Positions 12,367-24,775 of a stretch of DNA of 64,000 nucleotides are shown one piece after another; within the stretch, counting starts at the first letter, position 1, and the number at the start of each line of letters is the position of its first letter. Origin of the DNA: Phoronis australis (Eukaryota; Animalia; Phoronida); contig NMRA01000205.1 of the NCBI GenBank assembly GCA_002633005.1, positions 421,273 to 485,272 on the forward strand. The letters are read 5' to 3'. Both the position numbers and the translations under genes were made by a program. Below the pieces are notes generated by a model that ran no database searches, had not been told where the DNA came from, and was given only the letters and a program-made list of their open reading frames with translations.

Positions 12367-13874
12367 CCTATACATACATGGGTGCGTGTTGCAATCTTCT
12401 CAGTCTCTGCGTCTGTTGTTGTATCCGGTAAACCATCTTACGGGATCTTAACGAAATTTGGTAGATGTCATATGAAGCTGGCGACTGGTTTAGACTGATC
12501 TGACTACTTCTGTTTCACCTAGTGGTAATTTAATTTTTCTACGTTTTTGCTTCTGTATAGGTTTCTGTTAAGGAGACTCTTGAGGTTTTCTTCTTTTTTG
12601 CGTGGATGCAACGTATTCTGCACCACCCATTAACCATTTTTATTTAATGCATTTGTTTTTGTTGTCTGCCTCTGTATCAAAATTGGTAGATGTTCCTGCT
12701 GACTAGAGCTCGACTGACACAGATTTTCGGACAGATCAGACTATTGTGGCAATTCTGTTGGCATTTTTTACATCTATGGGTGTCGCTTCTAATCTCCCAG
12801 CGTTGTTTTCCAATGTTTGGTGGTAAATGCAGTTAAAAGTACAGTATAAGCACACCAGTTGGTACCTCAAAATTTGCTAAGTAAACTTAGTTTGGAACAT
12901 GTTATTAGAAATTGCCGATTGGGTGCAAACGAAACTTTCAGATACTCTGATTTAAACAATGCTCTCCACAACACTATGAAAGGGCTTAAAATCACCAATT
13001 TCATATCAAAAACACCAAGAAACAACCCCAACAGTCGATCACTTTTTGACCATATGTTAATTAGCAAATCTCTAGTTGTAAGCATTTATTGGTCGATACA
13101 TACTGGGTAAACTCGGGACAGCCAATCACAGCATTGGTCATCTTCCATTGTGTTTAGTGGGAAAAGTCGGATATTGCTGCTGGTATTTTGTGGCTTATGG
13201 TAAATATAATAAAGAATGGTGAGGTGTCAGGAATGTGATGGTTGTGATAACTCAATATTTGACCACGCTGTGGCTCTTCACTTTCCATGGGACATCATAG
13301 GAGCGCAGATATGGCACAAAGTTTGTACAAGAAACTCTCCCTGTTGGTGGACACCTCTCACTGGCGCTGGGTACGTTCACAGGTCACACTCATGTCCTCG
13401 GAGCAAAGAAACTCATATGAAGTTGCTTTTCTTCTATTTTCTCTTTTTTGGAATCTTGAATTCATGGCTGTGATATGTAGTGCTATTAAGGAAGGTTAAA
13501 TGATACTGACAATGTAGTCCCATGTTAAAACAAAGTAAATGGTGCTTTTTAGCACTTTAAGGCTTGTGCGTAAAATGTCTCTTGTTATGAGATGCTCTCA
13601 AGTTATAACTTTTGCGTTTTTCATGAAAAAATGAAAAGTTGCATACAAAAAATTGCTTTGAAAGATTTTTATTGTTTTTGAAATGTCATCTGTTGTTTTG
13701 CTTTGAACATGGGACTTTCTTGTTTACTACAAAGAAATGGTCATTTGTCCCAGTCAGTGGTAGATTAATCCATGATTAAGTACCAAACACTTTGTACTTT
13801 CAGACAACGTAGGCCTTCACCAAACTCATTTTTATTAGTTTTGTACATGTTTGAGCAACTGTAATGTAGGGACT

Positions 13875-13985
13875 CAGTGGCGGGTTTAAGATGGGCTATG
13901 TCCCCCCTAAAATTCTCTCGGATTCCATTTGGCAATTCGGGGATGCAAATGTCTGACGGGCAAAATCCTGGNGGATCCGCCACTG
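13875..13985. mobile_element. MITE with 5-bp TSD (hAT5-like)
   Basis: CAGTGGCGG...GGATCCGCCACTG is flanked by GGACT on both sides. Confidence 0.8.
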
Positions 13986-14311
13986 GGACTTTTTTTTAAT
14001 GTTTATTACGAAATCTTCAGAATGATTTGCTGCTGAGGTTAATCACAACTCCGTTATATCGATTGCATGGGTGGGTCAACATGGATTTTATAAGAATTAT
14101 GTTTATTAAGCATTATTTACATTTGACACTCCTCATTGGATGCAATGGCGTTAGAAATGTAACATCACTTAATATTAGTTTTAAATGTTATCCATGAGGA
14201 ATTTAAAAATCTATTTTAGCTTTTAATTTTAAGAAATAGTTAGGATTGGTTCAAGTCTGAAGTCGAAGGGAGGTAAGCAATGGAAATTGTCTCGTTATGA
14301 ACACAATTTTT

Positions 14312-14317
14312 TTTATT
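14312..14317 (-). terminator. Candidate polyadenylation signal of the Ly6-like gene
   Basis: tttatt on plus is AATAAA on minus, about 175 nt after the stop codon. Confidence 0.45.
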
Positions 14318-14491
14318 AAACATGCTGTTCAAGTGAATAAATATATGTCAAAATCGAACAAAAGCACCTGCATACCTGCATTTAAATGTTAAAATCACTT
14401 GGGAATAGTATTAAAAATGATGAGCCTGGCATGGAAGCTTGACAATCACTTTTCCACCTTAAGTTTCTCACCCAATGCTTTCCTCAGTATT

Positions 14492-15985
14492 TTAATGAGC
14501 TTTCATTACGAAATTCTCAAAACAACGCATAGTTAATAGAAATATTGGAAGGAGATGCTTGGATCCTGTAATAGTCGACCCAGCACTGGTGTCTTTTGCC
14601 TTTTGTGTAGTTATTTCGGGAGCCTGCGTAGTTGTTGGAGGGTGGCGATTTTCACACTGGGGACAGTTGCAGTAGTCTTCAACGCAACATGTCATATCCA
14701 GGGTCCAAGGCTCGTCTTCGGTGGACTCAGGTGGGGTACATCCGCACATGCGCTCTTGTATTACCAAGCCGGTCTTGGGGTACTTTTTGATGTAATGCTG
14801 AAAAGGAAAAGTTGACGAGCGTTCGTGGTGTTTTAACAGGACAGTGATCGCGAGGAACATGGCTCAGAAATGCATTTTAGACTCAAGTAGTCCTGTTTCT
14901 GTCAAAAGCATCTTGATTAGTTAATGTTTTTGTAAATGCCTACGTACGCGTCGAATGATGCTAACTTAAATGACTGATAACTTTTATAATGCGGCATAGT
15001 TTCCATGACTTTCAGCTTAGGGACATTATCGGCGAGGAAAAGTCGTTTTCTGAGACCAACCTTAGCGTGGAAGTAGAACCAGAAAGCCCCGCGGTCGCAG
15101 CTGAACGCGCTGATGATGGAGCCAAATACACTCCATAACTGTGGCGTGTTTAACCCAGCGGGTAAAGTCGTCTGCTTTTTTGATTTCAGCAAATGTCTTG
15201 CCGACAACGGTGAGGATTGGCCGCGATTTGTTAACATCACAAAAACAACTGGTGTTATACAGCTCTTACTTTCTAAAACCGCTCTGAGGTGGTGACGTGT
15301 TACAACTATTATTAAAATCTTGGTCTGTCTATTCTCCGGCCATCGTCAAGTTTTCCTGTGTTCTTAGAAGAACGAGCACGGACACGTCGTGGCAATGTAA
15401 ATAGACAAGAGGTCGGTGTAAATAGACCAAGAGATTTTAATAATAGTTGACTGCTTTGGTCAGTAACTTCTTAGAACTGTGGTACATGCCTAAAGTTCTA
15501 ATCATGACTTCAAGGTGCCTATCCAAAAATAATCCCCAAAAATGTTTTCTTTCGATTGTAAAACCGATAATTTCGCTTTAAAGTTAGGTTTGCTATGAAA
15601 TGGTGGTATTAAACGTGGAATGTTCCTCTTACGACGTTTGCAAAAGTGAGCAGAATCTATACGCCTCCGTTAGTCCAGCCTGTTGCAAGGGGGACAGGCG
15701 TCTACACTGTTGTAAACTGAAAGCCCTTCGTCATGATGTCCCTAAACATTTCGTGGTAATAATGAGAACTGCAATTATGATAATGAATGATAATTACCCC
15801 GCAACCTCCTGAGGTACACCTCGTGTAGGGTAACTGCGTTCCGTTTGAGCAATCGTGAAATTCCGTTGGTCCCATCGTAGTCGTGAAGTTCCCGGTATTA
15901 TTGAGTGGTTGGAGAGTAGTCATCATTAAATGCTTGTTGTCTACAGAGCACTGGTAACACATGATGGCGGATCCATGGCAATATA
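14492..15985 (-). CDS. Ly6/uPAR (three-finger, Quiver/sleepless-like) probably GPI-anchored protein; last two coding exons
   Basis: Exon 15985-15798 (acceptor cccacag, donor gtaatt) joins exon 14797-14492 (acceptor tttcag) in phase 0: xYCHGSAIMCYQC...DC...RCTSGGCGHYIKK...ERMCGC...TCCVEDYCNCPQC..., then a Thr/Pro stalk and DTSAGS...HLLPIFLLTM. The CYQC start, CC-x4-CN end and 10 Cys fit an LU domain. The signal-peptide exon (phase 1) was not located. Confidence 0.8.
15303..15449. mobile_element. Small palindromic MITE in the Ly6-like gene intron
   Basis: 18-bp perfect TIR CAACTATTATTAAAATCT / AGATTTTAATAATAGTTG, extending imperfectly inward. Confidence 0.7.
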
Positions 15986-16304
15986 CTGTGGGAAAGAAAT
16001 AACCAAGTTCATCAAGGGCCCGTTTTATCCAAGTCGTATAAGTCCAGTCTTAGATAAGACGGTCGTATCTTCATTTTTTAATTTACATGCAGTTCGTTAA
16101 CGTGGCTAACGAAGGCGGTCGTTAAGTCTGAATACTGTACGGGTATGAAAACTTACCCAACTTTAAGTCATAAGTACCAACGAGGAGTCGCGTTCGCTAA
16201 CGCTGCGACTGGGGGCGTACAACCGTGAACCGGTCCCCTGAAATTCCTGTGCCGTCATGTTGCTTTCTCCATGATCGGCTGTTAGCAATAGTTGGCCTAA
16301 TGGG

Positions 16305-16608
16305 TGAACGTTACGCACGTAAATTACCTTGGTAACTTAATTCTTGTTAGAGGCGTAAAGTAATTATTTTCGGCGTAAAGTAACTATTTGCGGCGTAAAG
16401 TAAATTTTTACGCCGCATGAATTACTTTACACCGTAATAAGTAATAATTACTTTACGCAGGGATGTAGATGACCGACGTGAAGTAATTATTACTTTACGG
16501 TGTAAAGTAATCGTGCGGCGTTAACAGTTATTTTACGCCGCAAATAATTACTTTTACTCCTCTGACCCGAATTAACTTACCCGCGTAATTTACGTATGTA
16601 ACATTCAT
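16305..16608. mobile_element. Foldback element with internal 20-bp subrepeats
   Basis: The left arm TGAACGTTACGCACGTAAATTACC... pairs with the right arm ...GTAATTTACGTATGTAACATTCA. GGCGTAAAGTAA units are repeated in both orientations. Confidence 0.75.
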
Positions 16609-18019
16609 TTGGGCAACGGTAGTTAGCAGCCTGTGTCGTTGACCACGTCCTAGTCACGATTTGTTGTTATGAGAGGAACTGACGCTTGAGGCAGTAATTA
16701 TGCCTTACGTAATCAAAGCATAGAAGCCCAAATTGTTGCCTATGTATTAATGACGCATGTTGTTCGAGCATATTATCGTATTGTACGAGTATCGTTATGA
16801 AAATGGGCAGTGAGGACTGAGCCGGGTTTCCATTTTCTGATATCCGTTTTGGGAGCTGCCCCCATTTTATAACACATTTTAAAGCAGTTTCTCAAAGTTA
16901 TGTTCGACTATTTCAGTAGAACAGGTCGTCATGGTAGGAGAACCTACAGTTTGACTAGGGTAGTTTCGTGTCTTACGCAAAAATCTCACTGAAAAAGGGC
17001 TTCGTTTGTAATTCATATCGATATCTCACAAAGTCTTGCGTGTTCACCTCTACCGAACGCACGCCTGAGTCACGAAAAATAGTATGCGCGCAAGCTTTGT
17101 TTGCGACTTCGTCTTTTGTTTCGGAACTCACTAAAAGAGATCGAAGGGCTTGGTAGTTTGCTAGAAAAGTCTACGCCTGCAATCCAAGCCGTACTGTTTG
17201 GCTTAAGTCTAAGATTCGTCTCAACTTCCACTTTTAAACTTCCACACCCGGTGAGTCAGTCAAGCTTAAGACAAAACTTAAGTCAAGAACTTAAGTCAAA
17301 CTTAAAGTCTCTTTCTTGGAGTAGACTTGAGGTAGATTTACGTTCTATCTTAAAATTGGCTGAAATTAAGATTTGTCTTATCTATGTCAGTTTTCTTGGA
17401 ACGGGACCCTGGCTGCTTGCAGTGCCGACTATAGCTGGATGCACTGATCATGTGCCTATTCTACGAGGCCTGTTCCGAACGACGCCACGCGTCAAGTGAA
17501 AGATATAGCAGGCTGCCATTGCAATCATGCAATGCATGATCATATCTCGAGAAAACTTGTGTGGTTTCGCCAAACTTGATTGCAAGAAACTAGCCTTACG
17601 GAACGGAAGCTTGAATAATTCCTCAAACTGTCGGACCAATGACAATTGCTTATTATAAATGGAGGGTGTTTTTGCCTTCGGTGAAAATGCACTAAATTTT
17701 ATTTAGAACCTTTCCTTGCTATAAGCCCGTGGTTTTTTCAGGAGTAGTGTTTAAAATCCTGATACAAGAACGAACACACTACAAGTGTATGTTTTCCTAT
17801 TGAAGGACGGCATGTTGTGTCCGAGGAAAGACGCTCGGTGCACCAACAACGTTGAGTGAAACCAACATGGTTCCTGGCTTGAAATGGTATTCCTTGCAGT
17901 CCACTAAGATGGTGCTTCATCGGTGTAGGAAACCCAAGTGGTGTTGCAAGTTGGTAACGTCAGAATTAGATTCATATGACAAGTTTCCGTCGGCTTGGGG
18001 AAATGGAACTCGCGTTTTT

Positions 18020-18450
18020 GAATCAGAATCATAATCAGAAATGTTAATTATACGTAAGCCTTGGCCTCATGATACAGTTTATAACTTCACATTGATAAAA
18101 TTTCAGCTCTCAGCACTGTTGCTTTTGAAATATATAGCGCCAGAGTTTTTATTTCACGAAGATTACGCCTTTGAAATAATATAAATACTCTGGCATCGTC
18201 TGTAATATTCGTCAGCAGACTTCTGCGCACATCACCAAGGACAGGGCAGTGACACTTAAAATGAATCTCGTTTTCAATTTGACCTGTACTGCATATTCCA
18301 CAAATTGTCTCATCCGTGGTTAGACCTGCGTGCCGCCCGGTTTCAATGTAAAGCTTGTGCACTGAACACCTAAAACGAACGCTTATTTCCCTTAAGAGGG
18401 GTCTTATAAGTACGGGTATTTTCCACTTGGGCTTCCGTTATTAGTGCCAA
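18020..18450 (-). mobile_element. 3' end of a non-LTR retrotransposon (RTE-X/L2-like C-terminal CCHC region), truncated
   Basis: RFRCSVHKLYIETGRH...ICGICSTGQIENEIHFKCHCP..DVR is followed by a stop at 18087-18089, a short UTR and a (TTCTGA/TTATGA)n tail at 18020-18041. Confidence 0.75.
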
Positions 18451-21400
18451 TTTTGTACGTAGAAGTCAATTAATCTAGATCTCTGGCGAAATTCGGAAAC
18501 TGAAGGAATAAATCTATGTCATCCGGTCGCATAAAAATTAGTGCTACCGTTTCTTTACCCCAGTTCTGATGCATGCGTCACATTTCACGATGAAGCTAAA
18601 TCAAACAGGGTGTGCCGAGCCACATGCAACATCGAAAAGGATCCCTGAATTAATTACCAAGCGAAGAGGTAGGCCTAGTATATGTGAGAGCAGCGCAAAC
18701 ACTGTCGTTTCGAGGACCGGGGGTGCTTCCATAGGGGTTGATATAGGGACTGTCTTGCCTCTTGGCCCTTTCAGCTATTATTTCGGGTGGCCGGTTATGT
18801 GGTGTCAATTCAAGTGAGCAATTTGGCAAAACGCGGAATCGGTATTAGTTGGAACTCGTGCCGCTTCCCAGGTATCACCTCAGGTGGGTCCGGTGCCTGA
18901 TTCGGAGTTGAAGTATGGGTGGGTAATTTGTATTTGCGGGGACCGGGAGAAAGCTATCCTGGAATTGGCTTTATGAAGAGGATTTTCGGGATCGTCACTT
19001 TGTATTATGACAAACTTTTGTACGCACGGCCATCGGGGTTTCTGTTTCGATGTAACATCCTGCATCGTCTCCAGTGACAGCAACATACTGTATAACAAGT
19101 TTTACCCACCTAATTCAACAAAACACAAGGTGGTACTCTTCTTGGAGGCATAGCATACGTATTTTACAGGCTTATGTCAGGCTTAACAGATAAGGATTTG
19201 TCTTCCTCGGAGATAGATCTGATTTCAGAGAAAACGTGGCAAACTAGCAAAATGTGATATTTGTCATCGATGACAATTCCACGACAAAATACGCACACCT
19301 TACATTACACGATAAACAACGGACAGTTTCTACTGATAGTTTGTGGTTAGCACAGCGAAGACCTGTAAAACTTTGCGCAAATTTGGAAGACAATCAATTT
19401 CCGAATTCAAATACTACCCCAAAGTTTTTATAATGGTATGACTTAGAATTAGAATCAACATCGGACTGTCATCTTTTCAAAGCGCTGCGAGAAAATATTT
19501 ATAAATGACTCTTGGCATGCAACTCCTTGGTTCAACCAAACGCCAGAGAAATCATGCATTGACAGAGCTTGTCCACTATTGTGCAAAGTACATCTTTCTT
19601 TTTGCATCCTGCTTGTAATGTCGTGACCATCCCTTGTATAAGGTTCTTGTGGCATACTCATAATTTCAAACTTAGAACTCTGGGAGTTAATGGTTTAAGC
19701 CAGGCGTATTTACGAATGCAACCAAGTATTTGTATTATCCCAACTAAACATTAATTGCGCGAGTCTGGACCTGTGATTTTGGAGACTCGGCAACCCCTCC
19801 GGAAAACATTCAGGCAGCTGCTGATCTTAAAAGCAAACTGACGGTTAACTCGTTCGTTTGTGCCATGTTATTTGACTTTCATTGGTTCTAGCTAAAACTA
19901 ACACCTGGCTCTTCTGATCCCGTTTGTGATTGAAATTAAGTTATGGACATGTAGCTCGTATTGACAAGTCTGCATATTGATCCAAACATCTACATAATTA
20001 TAGTGAAGGCATATATTTTTGATAGAAAGACTGAAGAATTTGATTTTTGGCTTTTTAAGAATCTGTCATTAAGTGGATCACGTGACCATGTCTTTTTAGT
20101 TTTAGGTAAAGTTTTGCCTAAACGAAAGGTACATTGGTATCAATAACATGATCAATTTGTATTTGAAGTAAATGCTTAACACTATCGTTTTGTTTCTTTC
20201 GTGAATGTCATAAAAGTTCATTTTTAATAGCCCCTCACGCAAAAGTGGAACATATCAAAAACAATTCTTATGGCGTTTAGAGAACAATCATGCATAAAGC
20301 ATAGTATAGTTTTATATAAATCCGATCAGCCATTTCTGAGATATGACGTTCCGAAGTTAGCCATATGACGTTCCGAAGTTAGCCATATTTGAGGGTCCTG
20401 CATAATCTTGGTGGCGCTGGCTGATGCGCGAAGTACGGTTGAGCATGCTCGGGGGGCTCGCACAAATGGAGGCTCCCTACAACTGAAATGTGCCCCTTTG
20501 TCAAACATATAGTCGAGTACTCCCAAAGTCCATGTAGTGTACGGTTGTCGTTTATTTCCCCCAACCCGTGCATACCTTCTATTGTCCTATATTTTATTCC
20601 CAAGGTTAGTTCACGCGGCGATTGACCTCGATGTATAGTGTGGGCTCTGTAAGATATGACTGAGGACCGATTCAGGACACCTGTCCTTTTGTCGCTTGAT
20701 GACCCGCAGCCCAGTGAAGAACGAGGTCTGTGCGTTTTACACCACGTGAGCCGTATGCTCTTGCCTTGTGCTAAATTAATTCCCGCAATTGCACACGTAG
20801 AAGCTAAAGGTTGTAGGAGTCAAAGCCATTGATAACAAAACACCTAAGCACAGTTAGCAATGTGATATTATAAACCATACCAGGCACGTACCTTCAGTCA
20901 GCCTCTCGTCATAGAAAGAAAATATTATAGTATAATAACGTCGAGCTTTTGTAATATACCAGGAAGAGTTATAGACTATAGATACATATATCTATGTCTA
21001 CTAAACACAGCCGGGTGACCAGTCACCCATAAGCTTCTTAGGGCTGAGACTGTTTAGTAGGCCTAACAAGAAGCTCAATAATGACAGCGAAAGTGAGGCA
21101 GAGAATTATTATACATGACGTTTTGATTTACAAAGCTTATTGATAACTACTTATCGAACTTCAGCTAAAATGCCAGTGTTTTGATTGAACATTTATACAA
21201 ATTAGGCGAGTGCGTTTTCCAAGAAAAAAGTTCTGTGAGTATCCGTTAGGCGGAATAAAGTGCTCATCACTCAAAAGACAAAGTTTGAAAGTGTTGGTAT
21301 AACACGATTCCTGGGAACATTTCTACGAAATCGGTATCGATAAAGGTCTACCAAAAGACATACCAGTTAAACAGCTAAGCAGTAAGCTGACAGCAACAAA

Positions 21401-21575
21401 TTTCCCTTTCGACATCTTGTTGACCTCGTCACTGCTCGGGAGCAGTTCCGTTGTTTATATATCGAGTGGAAGATAGTCTTCTTGGTTTTACGATTAACTT
21501 ATAGATGGCGCTAATGCCAGGCACGATTGAGAAAGAGCTGCAGGCGGGCAACTCGCGTGTCTGCAAATAATTATA

Positions 21576-22348
21576 CCGCTTATGGATCACTAGGGCGTTG
21601 TTTAATTCAAATCCAGACCAACGCAATACCTTTGTAAGAGCGAAAATGACTAATGCAATAGGCTAGACGGCGATGAAAACCCTGTGCAAAGTTCACTCGA
21701 AGAGATCCGCTCTGGTATAGCCAAAAATTTCGTCTCAAATGGTTTTGGTTTTTAGTCTGCCCCTAATACTATTGAGTTGTACTTGATATTTTTAGTGACT
21801 TTTAGCCTGGTGTGGTAAAGCAGGCTAAGCTTGATTTTAGACAAAAGAAACTACTGGCTCATGCTTCGACCGCCACATATAGGCGACGCACCCTGGCCGG
21901 GCGCCGCTTATGGATCACTAGGGCGTTGTTTAATTCAAATCCAGACCAACGCAATACCTTTGTAAGAGCGAAAATGACTAATGCAATAAGCTAGACGGCG
22001 ATGAAAACCCTGTGCAAAGTCCACTCGAAGAGATCCGCTCTGGTATAGCCAAAAATTTCGTCTCAAATGGTTTTGGTTTTTAGTCTGCCCCTAATACTAT
22101 TGAGTTGTACTTGATATTTTTAGTGACTTTTAGCCTGGTGTGGTAAAGCAGGCTAAGCTTGATTTTAGACAAAAGAAACTACTGGCTCATGCTTCGACCG
22201 CCACATATAGGCGACGCACCCTGGCCGGGCGCCGCTTATGGATCACTAGGGCGTTGTTTAATTCAAATCCAGACCAACGCAATACCTTTGTAAGAGCGAA
22301 AATGACTAATGCAATAAGCTAGACGGCGATGAAAACCCTGTGCAAAGT
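21576..22348. repeat. 328-bp tandem repeat, about 2.4 near-identical copies running into an assembly gap
   Basis: CCGCTTATGGATCACTAGGG starts at 21576, 21904 and 22232. Identical ORF translations occur at 21812 and 22140. Confidence 0.95.
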
Positions 22349-23519
22349 NNNNNNNNNNNNNNNNNNNNNNNNNNNNNNNNNNNNNTCGCCCCCCCCCCCC
22401 CCCCCGGCCGTGGCACTTTTTTCAATGGCTCTGGCGCCCGTGGTTTATGGGCACTGCATCACACGGGGGGCTGGGGTGCTGTAGCCCCCCACTTTTTTCA
22501 GTGCTGCGCCGCCCATGCGTCCAGCGAGACCCGCCGGCTATCTTGTCCACGATTCGGAGTACCGCTAGAACTGCCAAACAACGATTGACCACATTCCGCT
22601 GGGCAGTCCGCTCACTAATACGTAGGCGATAAAAGGCAATTTACTAGAGATCGAGTGATCAGTCCAAGAAAATGTCATACCTAATTAACGTACGTCTGAG
22701 AATGGTCACATGTGGAGGTAAACAGATCGGATGTAATTGTAACACAGTCTGTAGTCCAGGCCGGCTGCTCCGTGCCCGCCGGGTGCGTGAAACAGTCCGC
22801 CAACAATAGGAGTCAACTAAGGTCCCTAAATCAGATTTCATCGTTCTTTACTCACAAATTCAGTGCTTTTCTATCATTTTACCTTTATTATGAGCTTCGC
22901 TTTGACTAATGGGATTTTCTAAAAGTATATCAAAAATGTGACCCCTTAATTCAATGAACATAAATTATGGGAACATGAACTTGAAAAGATCCCTACATAT
23001 TTTCAATAACATTGAGAATCCAACGTAGAATTCACTCTCGCTTTGTATCAAAGTAAAAAATTGACTTAGTAATGACACTAAAACAGCATTCAGTGTTTCG
23101 ACCCAGCCGGTCCACAAGTACGCAGGGGCCTTGGTTGAGTCCCGGATATTATGGGACTGTCTCATGCATCGGGCCCCGTGGCGCCCAAAGTCGACTGCAG
23201 GTCATTGCCAAGACGCGATGTGATGCGAACGGTTTTTATTCGCAGTTAGACCGGCATCTCTGTGCACATGCTTAGCATAGATGAACGAGGAACCAATATC
23301 TGAACCAGGCACACAAGTACGTTTAGAGTGCCTTAGTGCCCAACCAGTCGCTCAGGGTGTGGCCTCTGGGGACCTCAAACATTCAAGGTAACACAAAAAT
23401 CAAGTCCAAAGGCTTCAGTACATGCCACTGATATATATGTATCACCAATGGATTGTTTTTTAAAACGTGAGCCAGATTCCACTGCGGTTACCATAAACAA
23501 CATGAAATCCACGTGATTC

Positions 23520-24000
23520 ATCCCCCCTAGAATCACTCAATGGTCTATGGCACATCATGTGAAATACCCTCTGGCGGACCAACCAGAAATCGTTGAAATT
23601 TTACCCAAGGGATGCTGTTGAAAATGTGATTTAGACTAGATATTCGAAGCACCGGCGAATATTGATTTAAAGTGACTAAGCGCACCACAGTGAGCACAGA
23701 ATGGACCATTACACATAAAATGCCTTCTCAAAGTGACGGTCAGAAACCCAAAAAGACCTCAAAAACAAAACAGCTGAAACATGCCTGTCGCTGATCATCC
23801 AATCCCCTATGATATATAGCAGACAAAATACTCTCTGGGTTGGGCCTACCAGAAATCGTCAAAAATGTTGCCCACGAAATGCTGTTGAAAGCGGGAGTAA
23901 TGATTGAAGAACCTACCAAAACTAATTTAAAGTAAACCGATTGACTTATGACACAAAGTTGCCTTTTGGAAAGGCTCCGCCGGAATCCTAAACAGTCTCA
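23520..24000. repeat. Old diverged tandem duplication, period about 266 bp
   Basis: CCAGAAATCGT at 23583 and 23849, with flanking AAATACxCTCTGG, ATGCTGTTGAAA and ATTTAAAGT in register. Confidence 0.65.
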
Positions 24001-24237
24001 CCCGCACCAGGCGAAAATTAGCTAGTTCAAACATTCGAGGAAAAAAATAATTCTACAGGATTCAAACACTAGTATTATTAAGTGACGACATGGTCATTTG
24101 GAGCCGAGAAAATGCAACATCTGTTTGAATGATTTTATTTAATCAAATCCAAAAAAACACAAATTTTGATTTTAGCCAATTGATCGAGGTCACGTTGTCC
24201 GTTGGCCTAATTTAAAGTGACTTAGTGAGACTCCGAT

Positions 24238-24775
24238 CTCGCTGGTTCCCAGCGCTGGTGTCGTTAGGTGGTAGAACACACGCAGGTATCATTTAATTTT
24301 CCTCGGGAATTTTTCTACACCGGCGTTCATCATGATGATTGGCTGGTCGTAGCCCTTTACGCAAACAAAATGACATGACTGATGGAGGAAGTGTAAATAT
24401 GGTCTGCTGTACAGACAAATCGGTGCTTAAAATTCATGTTCAAGAAATGTGAATCCCAGAAAATTGTGGTTGCGCCTTTTCGGAGTGCATTTTTCTACTG
24501 TCGTTGACTTTAATTCATGTTGCTGTCTTGTATCTACACAGTATGAATAACACACCGGTTAAATCGCCGGGTCAGATGTGTTTATTGTAAACTGTATGTG
24601 CTTCAAGCACGCGGCTATTAAACATTACTGCAGAAATGAAAGAGTTGCTGTTACGCTACTTGCATAACAAGGCTAAAAATCGTTCATAGTTCGCCATTTT
24701 CTTTCTTAGTTGTAAAGCTAACCAATGACTGCCGAGGTTACGACATCACTCCAGTGATAAAGCGCGTGCTACTTT
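24238..24775. mobile_element. Older 3'-degraded copy of the 27450-28023 MITE
   Basis: Colinear similarity throughout (CTCGCTGGTTCCC, CACGCAGGTATCA, CGGTGCTTAAAATT, TGCTTCAAGCACGCGGCTATTAAACAT, TGTAAAGCTAACCAATGACTGCC, AAAGCGCGTGC). Confidence 0.8.

Noticed and set aside
17490-17545. MIMHCMIAMAACYIFHLT as the signal-peptide exon of the Ly6-like gene
   Set aside because: It is hydrophobic, but the only phase-1 donor available (gtggcg) is poor, so it cannot be supported.
21576-22348. CRISPR-like array or duplicated small gene (MVKQAKLDFR...)
   Set aside because: The units are wholly identical with no unique spacers, the context is eukaryotic, and the ORF starts at GTG with no recognisable domain.
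22712-23165. THAP-like CSVPAGC...ISSFF on plus and a P-element C-terminus-like FIELRGHIFD on minus
   Set aside because: The conserved W and CxxHF are missing, the two orientations are inconsistent, and the matches are too short.
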